From positions 28,530 through 92,529 of IMG/VR virus record IMGVR_UViG_3300045988_168563: 64,000 nt of DNA; one strand, 5' to 3'. The translations under genes and the position numbers were made by a program. Position 1 is the first letter of the stretch; the number at the start of each line of letters is the position of its first letter. A model generated the notes under the pieces. The model searched no databases, had not been told where the DNA came from, and saw only the letters and a program-made list of their open reading frames with translations. Source of the stretch: a virus. Shown here one piece after another: positions 8,229 to 14,004 of the stretch.

Positions 8229-8260
8229 AAAGCCACCTCCCCCGGTGTGGGGAAGGTGAC
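8229..8260 (-). terminator. intrinsic terminator after gene 8269..9129
   Basis: 12-bp stem. The two non-Watson-Crick positions are G.U only when the minus strand is folded. TTT follows. Confidence 0.55.
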
Positions 8261-8268
8261 TGCTGTTA

Positions 8269-9129
8269 TTAGAAGGGGAGACAGTCTGATTCGAAGAGGC
8301 CGGCGTGGAAGTTGTCATCAACTTCGAGGCGCTCCATCTCCTCGTAGTCCTCATCAGTCAGACGCTCACCAGTGTAACCGACCTTGTATTCACCGGTCTC
8401 TTCATCGAAGAACACCTCGAACTCATCACTGATGAAGGCCGACTCTCTCGCCATCTCCTCAGCGGCGATAGCCGCATTCTGAGTTAGCTCCATATCGAGG
8501 TCTAGCCAGTAATCCAGCTGAGCCATCCCACATAGCTTGCCGTAGAGAATACGATACTCTTCCTCAGTGGCAAACATACTAATGCCTGCCATAAGGTCTC
8601 TGTCTCTTGCTTCAGCACTGTCAAGGACGATCTTCTCGACCCATCCCATAGATTCCTTCTCATCAGTGTCATAGTAGAGGCATTCCTCAACACGACTGAA
8701 TGAGTAGGTGCGCTCAGCAAGCTCATCATAGCTGGATATATTAAGGTTAGACAATAGGGTTGACAATTCACAGGTATGCTCCTCCTCAGGAACAGCATAG
8801 CCGATTTCACCACGCTCTTCGGCATCGACGAAAGTATCGTACTTCTGACTGTCGAAGGCTACAAGACCATCAAACAGCGCACGATACTCAATATCTGTGG
8901 CGTGAGCCTTGACGATATCAGCAAGGTAGTCAGCTATGCAACCTTCTGCACAGCGACCTACAGCACGCTTGATATCATCAATATTACCATTGGTGCCATT
9001 ATACTTCAGCCCATCGAGGACGATATTAGCCACAGGAGACCACAAAGCCATAGCAAGCTCAGCATAAGAAGAGCACCAAACGTTAGACAGAAGGACGGAC
9101 GATTCACGGAGGGTCTTGATTGCTTCCAT
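8269..9129 (-). CDS. strongly acidic protein, first gene of the leftward block, tail ..ESDCLPF
   Basis: 286-aa ORF, visibly D/E-rich (DEFEVFFDEETGEYKVGYTGERLTDEDYEEMERLEVDDNF). I verified the C-terminal codons 8272-8286 as D-C-L-P-F followed by a stop. Terminator 8229-8260 follows. Confidence 0.7.
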   Translation of the reverse strand: MEAIKTLRESSVLLSNVWCSSYAELAMALWSPVANIVLDGLKYNGTNGNIDDIKRAVGRCAEGCIADYLADIVKAHATDIEYRALFDGLVAFDSQKYDTFVDAEERGEIGYAVPEEEHTCELSTLLSNLNISSYDELAERTYSFSRVEECLYYDTDEKESMGWVEKIVLDSAEARDRDLMAGISMFATEEEYRILYGKLCGMAQLDYWLDLDMELTQNAAIAAEEMARESAFISDEFEVFFDEETGEYKVGYTGERLTDEDYEEMERLEVDDNFHAGLFESDCLPF

Positions 9130-9287
9130 TGTAGTAAGGTGTTAGGAAGTGAAACAATAAGGATGAACACCACCCTACACAGGATGGCGTACGACAGATA
9201 TAACAAGGCAACAACAGCTAAGTATAGCCATAGCATCACCACAAAACAACACAGCGGAGATAGACGAAAAGGTGGGAAGAGGAATAG

Positions 9288-9297
9288 CCCCCCCCCC
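9288..9297. repeat. C10 homopolymer
   Basis: Ten consecutive C residues in the noncoding region upstream of the first leftward gene. Confidence 0.9.
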
Positions 9298-9598
9298 ACC
9301 TCACGTCTTCCCATTGTAGCCGTCATCACAACAGCTATTCTGGGTGTTGTTGTCTTGTTCACTAGGATTGCCTAGCGCAGGGGTGTGTATTATCTCCTGA
9401 GGAGGGGAGAGTAGGTAATACACCCTTGATGTGGAGCTGGGTTACACCCCTTGCTGAGCTGTGCACTGGACTCTGTGTCCTTGGTGCTTGTGACCTGGCC
9501 AGCGTCCTGCACTGGTGAGGTCTAGGGTGCGAGCTATGACGTGTGTCGCTCGCTATGCTCAGCGGTGGGGTACCCACATCGTTGTGGTACCCATCGCT

Positions 9599-9620
9599 CC
9601 CTGACAAGGGATATTCCCCG
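9599..9620. repeat. 22-nt motif copy C (CCCTGACAAGGGATATTCCCCG)
   Basis: 20 of 22 identical to copies A and B, in the same orientation. Similarity to copy A continues about 25 nt further (..GCA..GGG(C/G)TACCAAC..GGAG). Confidence 0.75.
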
Positions 9621-9702
9621 CACCCGGGGGTACCAACACAGGAGCTGATTGCTGGAGGGGGTCCGAAGCGGGAGCCGTCAGCGCGAGTAAGTTCTGCTGT
9701 AT

Positions 9703-9729
9703 CTAAAAATTTTTTAGGTCATTTTTTTT
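9703..9729. repeat. AT-only palindrome CTAAAAATTTTTTAG plus T8 tract
   Basis: Palindrome at 9703-9717 and T8 at 9722-9729, at the boundary between the GC-rich element and the direct repeats. Confidence 0.8.
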
Positions 9730-9774
9730 GTAGTCCTAAATCGGAGGTCATCAATATGATTGGTATTGGTACTA

Positions 9775-9815
9775 TGGTTGAGGAAGGGATGGTGTATTCT
9801 GGTTGAGGAAGGGAT
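9775..9815. repeat. direct repeat TGGTTGAGGAAGGGAT x2 (25-nt period)
   Basis: Perfect 16-mers at 9775-9790 and 9800-9815. Confidence 0.85.
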
Positions 9816-9902
9816 AGTAGATGCACTTAGTGATCCTGAGTGTGTGCTGTGTAGGTGCCGGACTTAGCTGTGTGTTCGGTGTGGCTGAGGTGGGAATGGT
9901 GT

Positions 9903-9956
9903 GGGTATTTTGGTTGAGGAGGGTGTAGATCATCCTGGGTATTTTGGTTGAGGAGG
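9903..9956. repeat. direct repeat GGGTATTTTGGTTGAGGAGG x2 (34-nt period)
   Basis: Perfect 20-mers at 9903-9922 and 9937-9956. They share the GGTTGAGGAGG/GGTTGAGGAAGG core with the 9775-9815 pair. The second copy supplies the -33 TTTG of cassette 0. Confidence 0.85.
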
Positions 9957-9966
9957 AAGAAGTGTG

Positions 9967-10054
9967 TATCTTTGGTGTGAGAAGTTTCGACATAACTGTT
10001 TGGTATTTATCGTAGGATACGTGTTGCCCGTGATGGGTGGCACGTATTCGTTTT
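9967..10054 (+). ncRNA. candidate small-RNA cassette 0 (promoter to terminator, no ORF)
   Basis: -33 TTTG at 9943-9946 and -7 TATCTTTG at 9967-9974 (20-nt spacer, canonical Bacteroidota arrangement). Terminator hairpin at 10017-10047 (13 bp including 3 G.U, GTGA loop), then TTTT at 10051-10054. Confidence 0.4.
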
Positions 10055-10059
10055 ATGTG

Positions 10060-10167
10060 TACCTTTGTGTTGCTGGGTTTTGAGCTTTTTCCCAGCACAT
10101 CATATTTCCATTGGTTTATAGTTTTACATGGTACGCGTTGTCTGAGAAGATAGCGCGTATCGCTTTT
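10060..10167 (+). ncRNA. candidate small-RNA cassette 1
   Basis: -7 TACCTTTG at 10060-10067. 5' hairpin TGCTGGG/CCCAGCA at 10071-10097. Terminator hairpin at 10132-10159 (12 bp, GAGA loop), then TTTT at 10164-10167. Confidence 0.4.
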
Positions 10168-10172
10168 ATGTA

Positions 10173-10256
10173 TATCTTTGCGGTAGGGGAGTCTTCCCCT
10201 CGTGTGTGCCATTGTTTGTATGCATCATCTCTATATGGGGTGGTGCATACTTCTTT
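10173..10256 (+). ncRNA. candidate small-RNA cassette 2
   Basis: -7 TATCTTTG at 10173-10180. 5' hairpin AGGGGA/TCCCCT at 10185-10200. Terminator hairpin at 10218-10250 (14 bp with G.U pairs), then TTCTTT. Confidence 0.4.
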
Positions 10257-10265
10257 GATATGTAT

Positions 10266-10350
10266 TATCTTTGTGGCGATAGGTAATTAGCTTCATATTG
10301 ATTGTTTAGTTAGGGTTACATGCACTGCTCCTCGGGGTGGTGCATGTTCT
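10266..10350 (+). ncRNA. candidate small-RNA cassette 3
   Basis: -7 TATCTTTG at 10266-10273. AGGTAATTAG motif at 10281-10290. Hairpin at 10318-10347 (12 bp). The T-tract is weak (TCTCGTAT). Confidence 0.35.
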
Positions 10351-10362
10351 CGTATAAAGGTG

Positions 10363-10453
10363 TATCTTTGCACTGTTGAGTCTCCCATACTATTTAGGTT
10401 AGTTGTTAAACTGGGTCTGCGCATCACTCTCATGAGTGGTGCGCATATCTTTT
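10363..10453 (+). ncRNA. candidate small-RNA cassette 4
   Basis: -7 TATCTTTG at 10363-10370. AGGTTAGTTG at 10396-10405. Hairpin at 10418-10445 (12 bp), then TTTT at 10450-10453. Confidence 0.4.
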
Positions 10454-10454
10454 G

Positions 10455-10549
10455 TACCTTTGTGTTGTGGATATAATAGGTTAATTGGCTAATCAAGTGT
10501 AGCTTGATTTTGGTACGCACTGCCTGGGAAGGTGGTGCGTATTGCTTTT
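10455..10549 (+). ncRNA. candidate small-RNA cassette 5
   Basis: -7 TACCTTTG at 10455-10462. AGGTTAATTG at 10478-10487. Small hairpin at 10491-10509. Terminator hairpin at 10514-10541 (11 bp), then TTTT at 10546-10549. Confidence 0.4.
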
Positions 10550-10570
10550 GGGGATTTGAGGAAAGGGTGG

Positions 10571-10690
10571 TATCTTTGCCTTGTAATAAATCTTATCGTT
10601 ATTCTTGGGCTGTGAGGTTAGTCCCACAATTTCCATTTCAAATTTGTCTATCAGCTGTGCGCTACTCGGGAGAGTGGCGCATGGTGTTTT
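10571..10690 (+). ncRNA. candidate small-RNA cassette 6
   Basis: -7 TATCTTTG at 10571-10578. AGGTTAGTCC at 10615-10624. Hairpin at 10658-10681 (10 bp, GGGA loop), then TTTT at 10687-10690. Confidence 0.4.
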
Positions 10691-10780
10691 GGTAGGTTGG
10701 GGATTATATATACCTTTGCGGTGAAGGGTGGCGACCTTTCTGCATCGTATCTTATCTTTTATCTCTGCTCCTCGGGGCTT

Positions 10781-10856
10781 GGAGTGTGATCCAAAGGCTT
10801 GGGCCTGACTTTGTCGGGTGGCTGGCGCCGAGGTGGTTCGATTCCCCCGCACTCTA
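10781..10856 (+). tRNA. non-canonical tRNA-like element 1 (possible aberrant or class II-like tRNA; anticodon unclear)
   Basis: 7-bp acceptor GGAGTGT/GCACTCT (two G.U). T arm GGTGG-TTCGATT-CCCCC (canonical T loop, one U-C mismatch). D arm CCA-AAGGCT-TGG with GG in the loop, and a 12-nt variable arm GGC-TGGC-GCC. The anticodon arm folds as CCTGAC-TTT-GTCGGG or with a 7-nt loop ACTTTGT lacking U33. No CCA is encoded. Confidence 0.3.
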
Positions 10857-10859
10857 CTA

Positions 10860-10916
10860 CTGACTGGTGCTGTAGGCACGCGTGACGACGCTAGGGTTTG
10901 ATTCCCTACGGTCAGG
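10860..10916 (+). ncRNA. tRNA-like minihelix element 2 (acceptor + T arm, truncated core)
   Basis: Perfect 7-bp acceptor CTGACTG/CGGTCAG (one G.U). T arm TAGGG-TTTGATT-CCCTA. Only 25 nt lie between them (two short hairpins, GTGC-TGTAG-GCAC and GCG-TGACGA-CGC), too short for D plus anticodon arms. It lies 3 nt after element 1. Confidence 0.3.
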
Positions 10917-11262
10917 TCTTATCACTGCTCTCTCCTCATGAGGAAGACAGCAACACATTGCGCTTGTAGGGCCCTATCCCCGAAGGCGATGGTCTGCGAC
11001 TGATAGGTCGGTCAAGCGGATAGTGGTGTGAGATGGCGGCGACTCAGTGATCCGTTCGGTACACTTTATTACTCACAAATGGGGGACACCAAAGACCTGC
11101 CTAAGATCCCCTGCCAATACGAAGGTATATCAGGCTACCTTCGAGTAGAGGTCGGACGATGACACCGAGACCTCGCAATGACGCTCACCTTTCCATAGGG
11201 TGGGCGTCGCCTTTTATACGCCACCACAATGTCCTCTTTCCTCAGGCCATATAGTTATGCCT

Positions 11263-11270
11263 TACCTTTG
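11263..11270 (+). promoter_or_regulatory. late-operon promoter -7 box (TACCTTTG)
   Basis: It matches Bacteroidota TAnnTTTG, lies 25 nt upstream of ATG 11295, and immediately follows terminator 11180-11215. Confidence 0.55.
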
Positions 11271-11294
11271 CGGTATAACATAGTACGTACATAT

Positions 11295-12773
11295 ATGGCA
11301 AAAGATAATCAACCACAAATATCAGTACCCCTGCGTGCAGCTGCTGACTCTACCAAGGTCAAGCGGTTCTATAGTAGTGGCAATGGTGCTGTCAATACCA
11401 CTGGGTTTGGCGAGTACATAAGCCAGCCTAATCAAGTTGAGAATGACAAGGACCCTGGGAACATCGTCTCTAAGCTAGCGGCTGCTGGAGCTATCGGATC
11501 TATCGGGGCTACGCTAGCTGCTATCACCGGTAGGGTGGGTGTCAATGCAGCCTACTCTGGTGGTAAGACCCTTGTCAAGCCTATCGTGAGGGCTGGCTAT
11601 GGGGCTGCAGCTGTCGGTAGGAACATTGCTGATAGGGTCATGAGGAAGGAGGTAATAGTACCTATTGGTGAGTCGGCTAAGGCTGCTATACAGAAGGCTG
11701 GTGAGTCTAAGACCCTCCTTGGTAGGATAGCCAATGCCGAAGCTGCTATCGTTGGTGACAAGGCTCTCAAGGGTGGAGCTAAGCTAGCTAAGTTCGCCAA
11801 GTACTCTAACATGATTAAGTGGGCTGGCCCACTCTCTACTGCCGCAAGCGCTGGGCTGTCCGCAATAGCCGCAAACGCCTCCCTGCACGGCAAGTATGAC
11901 CCCGAGAAGCTACCTAGATATAATATAGGTGAGTTAGGGAAGGATGTTCCAGGGTATAGGATAGGTAGCCGCGCTGGTCTAGTCGACCCAAACTTCGTTG
12001 GTGATAATATCACTGGTGCAGCTGTTAATCTTGCGAGGACGACGATTAGTGGTGGTCAGCAGGTTAAGGGTCTTATCAAGAAAGGCGGGAAGGCTGTGAT
12101 GGAGTTCTTCGGGGTACCTGAGGGTACAGCGGATAAGATTGCTGGTGCAGGATCAAGAGTCGCAGCTGGTATATTGACAGGTCCTCTGTCACATGATGCT
12201 GTCTATAATCAAGTTGACGGCTTCCTCAAGGGATATAGCACCGAAGGCAATGTTGATCCAGACAAGGTCTATGGTAAGGATATGCGCGGTCGTATGATGG
12301 CAGACCTCTTCGTCAGGGCTAAGATGCGCGGTATGGAGGGTGTGCCTAACTCTTACCTCGCTGTTAACTCAGCTGAGGAAGAGGCAGCTAAGCTCTACAA
12401 GGAAGGCAAGCTGGAGAAGGCTGCACTCGACAAGACACCTGCAGAGATCTTCTACAACCCATCAAAGGAGCGTGGCTACAATAAGGATCCTATGATGAAC
12501 ATGGCTGCATACTACCCAGGCGATGATAGGTACCCAGTCTATATGCATACCCTCAGACAAGCATACGCTGAGAAGCACGCAGGTAACAACCCTAACTCAG
12601 CTGAGTATAAGAAGTTCGAGCAGGTCTTCGATAGCTATCTCTCCTCAACCGCGACTAAGCGAGGTGGCGAGAATGAGGATATCAGAGATGAGATGAGGAA
12701 GGAAGCGTTTGACTACTACCACCAGAAGCGTAAGGCAGCTGCAGAGAAGCGGTATGAGCCTATCAAGAAGTAG
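11295..12773 (+). CDS. Gly/Ala-rich virion-associated protein candidate (first late gene)
   Basis: The track ORF starts at 11229, but a TACCTTTG -7 box sits at 11263-11270 inside that extension. The ATG at 11295 (atatATGgca, MAKDNQ..) has the A/T-rich context typical of the other starts. Function unknown. Confidence 0.7.
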   Translation: MAKDNQPQISVPLRAAADSTKVKRFYSSGNGAVNTTGFGEYISQPNQVENDKDPGNIVSKLAAAGAIGSIGATLAAITGRVGVNAAYSGGKTLVKPIVRAGYGAAAVGRNIADRVMRKEVIVPIGESAKAAIQKAGESKTLLGRIANAEAAIVGDKALKGGAKLAKFAKYSNMIKWAGPLSTAASAGLSAIAANASLHGKYDPEKLPRYNIGELGKDVPGYRIGSRAGLVDPNFVGDNITGAAVNLARTTISGGQQVKGLIKKGGKAVMEFFGVPEGTADKIAGAGSRVAAGILTGPLSHDAVYNQVDGFLKGYSTEGNVDPDKVYGKDMRGRMMADLFVRAKMRGMEGVPNSYLAVNSAEEEAAKLYKEGKLEKAALDKTPAEIFYNPSKERGYNKDPMMNMAAYYPGDDRYPVYMHTLRQAYAEKHAGNNPNSAEYKKFEQVFDSYLSSTATKRGGENEDIRDEMRKEAFDYYHQKRKAAAEKRYEPIKK

Positions 12774-12792
12774 AATGTAGTATCTTCGTATC

Positions 12793-13038
12793 ATGATCTT
12801 GAATAGCAAGACGCTAAGCAAGGCGTTACGAGACCATTACATCGCGGTAGCTAAGACCTATGGACTCTCTCCTCATGAGGTAGAAGCCATATACAATGGG
12901 TATTGGTGCGCGGTGAAAGATATAATCAAAGAACGAAGCCCTAAAGCTGTGAATATCCACGGACTGGGCGCATTTAGAAATAAGAAGAATGAAAGAAATG
13001 AAGACCAAGATGAAGGGGCTGCTCCTCAAGAGCTTTAA
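12793..13038 (+). CDS. short HU/IHF-like DNA-binding protein candidate
   Basis: 81 aa. LSKALRDHYIAVAKTYGLSPHEVEAIYNGYWCAVKDIIKE..KAVNIHGLGAFRNKK resembles the helical body and first beta strand (V.l.GfG.F) of HU/IHF. The beta-arm region is missing or replaced by an acidic tail. Confidence 0.4.
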   Translation: MILNSKTLSKALRDHYIAVAKTYGLSPHEVEAIYNGYWCAVKDIIKERSPKAVNIHGLGAFRNKKNERNEDQDEGAAPQEL

Positions 13039-13438
13039 GCCTTCCTTCAACCATGTTGTCGTCTCACCTGTAGATGTAGATGTCCTCGCCGACTCAAAGT
13101 TCAAGGACAACAAGATCCTCATGAAGTACCTCGATCCTAAGATTACGCCTATGCGTGTCATCTATGTAGGCACGAGCGTCAGGACCTGTCAGCCCGGGGA
13201 TATCGTCCTCGTGAATATCATGAGGCATTTCCGCGGTGAAGGTGAGCAAGCACACATCGAACTGCCAGCCCTCGAGATTGGTGGCATGGAGTGTCTCATT
13301 GTGTCTGAAGGCGACCTCTATGGTGTGGCTGATGCAGAAATCTTGGAGACGGAGATTGTGTCGCAGGGTAATCTTGCTACAGCCGCCCAGCAGCACGCTT
13401 CTCAGATAATCGTACCTGACAAGAGGATTATCCTATGA
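12989..13438 (+). CDS. hypothetical protein
   Basis: 149-aa ORF that overlaps the previous gene by up to 50 nt (alternative ATGs at 12998 and 13010). Its end overlaps the next start (ATGA). Confidence 0.55.
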   Translation: MKEMKTKMKGLLLKSFKPSFNHVVVSPVDVDVLADSKFKDNKILMKYLDPKITPMRVIYVGTSVRTCQPGDIVLVNIMRHFRGEGEQAHIELPALEIGGMECLIVSEGDLYGVADAEILETEIVSQGNLATAAQQHASQIIVPDKRIIL

Positions 13439-14004
13439 TCAAGCTCTTCAAGAAAGAAGGGCTTGACATAGTGATCTCTGAGGAAGCCTACCTCCTCAAG
13501 CCGTTCGCCGATATCTGGAAAAGAGATAAGTCCAAGAATAAGCTAACGGCACAGCTGGAGCTGGCATTCATATACTTCTTTGCCGACCCCAGGTCAGAGT
13601 ACCAGATGTACAATGATCCTGAGGAAAGGACAAAGATGATAGTTGAGGGTTTAGGGATGGAGTCCGGATGGGCCCCATCCCCTCTCGTTACAGAGGCTAT
13701 CACTTTCTATGAGTCGTTCAAGCCCGTATCAGCTAAGCTACTGGATAGCACAAGAGGACTCATAAACAAACTGTCGGCGTTCCTAGAGGAGATCGACTTC
13801 CGCGCTGTGGATGATAAGGGTAAGCCCCTCTATCAGCCGAATACTATCACTAACACCATCAAGCAGCTACCAGCCTTGGTGTCTACCCTTAACGAGGTAG
13901 AGAAGACCATGAACTCTGATATTGAGGAGAGCGCCGCTATCAGAGGTAGCATGAGGAAGGCTGTGGGTGAGGATGCCTTTGACTTTAGTGACGATGACGA
14001 TTGA
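13435..14004 (+). CDS. hypothetical protein; small terminase subunit candidate by position only
   Basis: 189-aa ORF immediately upstream of TerL, overlapping it by 11 nt. It has an acidic tail (FDFSDDDD). No motif recognised. Confidence 0.35.
   Translation: MIKLFKKEGLDIVISEEAYLLKPFADIWKRDKSKNKLTAQLELAFIYFFADPRSEYQMYNDPEERTKMIVEGLGMESGWAPSPLVTEAITFYESFKPVSAKLLDSTRGLINKLSAFLEEIDFRAVDDKGKPLYQPNTITNTIKQLPALVSTLNEVEKTMNSDIEESAAIRGSMRKAVGEDAFDFSDDDD

Larger units (their letters stand above)
10711..11215 (+). ncRNA. candidate ~0.5 kb structured noncoding transcript (cassette 7) containing two tRNA-like modules
   Basis: -7 TACCTTTG at 10711-10718. No ORF. tRNA-like modules at 10781-10856 and 10860-10916. 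Helices CGAAGGTA/TACCTTCG (11120-11143) and GAGGTC/GACCTC (11148-11174). Terminator hairpin at 11180-11208, then TTTT at 11212-11215. Confidence 0.4.

Noticed and set aside
9967-10718. Possibility that the periodic ~93-116 bp units form a CRISPR array, or solitary CRISPR-repeat mimics.
   Set aside because: The repeat parts are not sequence-identical; only the 8-nt box and the hairpin architecture are shared. The period is variable and no cas genes or leader are in the window. Mimicry of a host CRISPR repeat cannot be excluded without the host repeat sequences, but nothing here supports it.
9006-10879. Seven to eight track ORFs (60-146 aa) across the strand-switch region.
   Set aside because: All are low-complexity or overlap the promoter/hairpin repeats on either strand. 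None has a plausible start context. The region is better explained by RNA and DNA signals.
10781-11215. tmRNA or group I intron interpretation of the tRNA-like region.
   Set aside because: I could not find a tag-peptide reading frame with a resume codon, or a 5'/3' split tRNA-like domain. I also found no recognisable group I core (P4-P6/P3-P9, G-binding site). The question is left to ARAGORN and Infernal.
11229-11294. 22-codon N-terminal extension of the first late gene (MSSFLRPYSYALPLRYNIVRTY).
   Set aside because: It contains the TACCTTTG -7 box (11263-11270) and follows the terminator directly, so it would lie upstream of the transcription start. The ATG at 11295 has the typical context.
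12953-13038. Programmed +1 frameshift fusing the HU-like ORF to the next ORF in the A-rich stretch.
   Set aside because: The +1 frame is open only from 12953. There is no recognisable slippery heptamer with a downstream structure. Simple gene overlap is more parsimonious.
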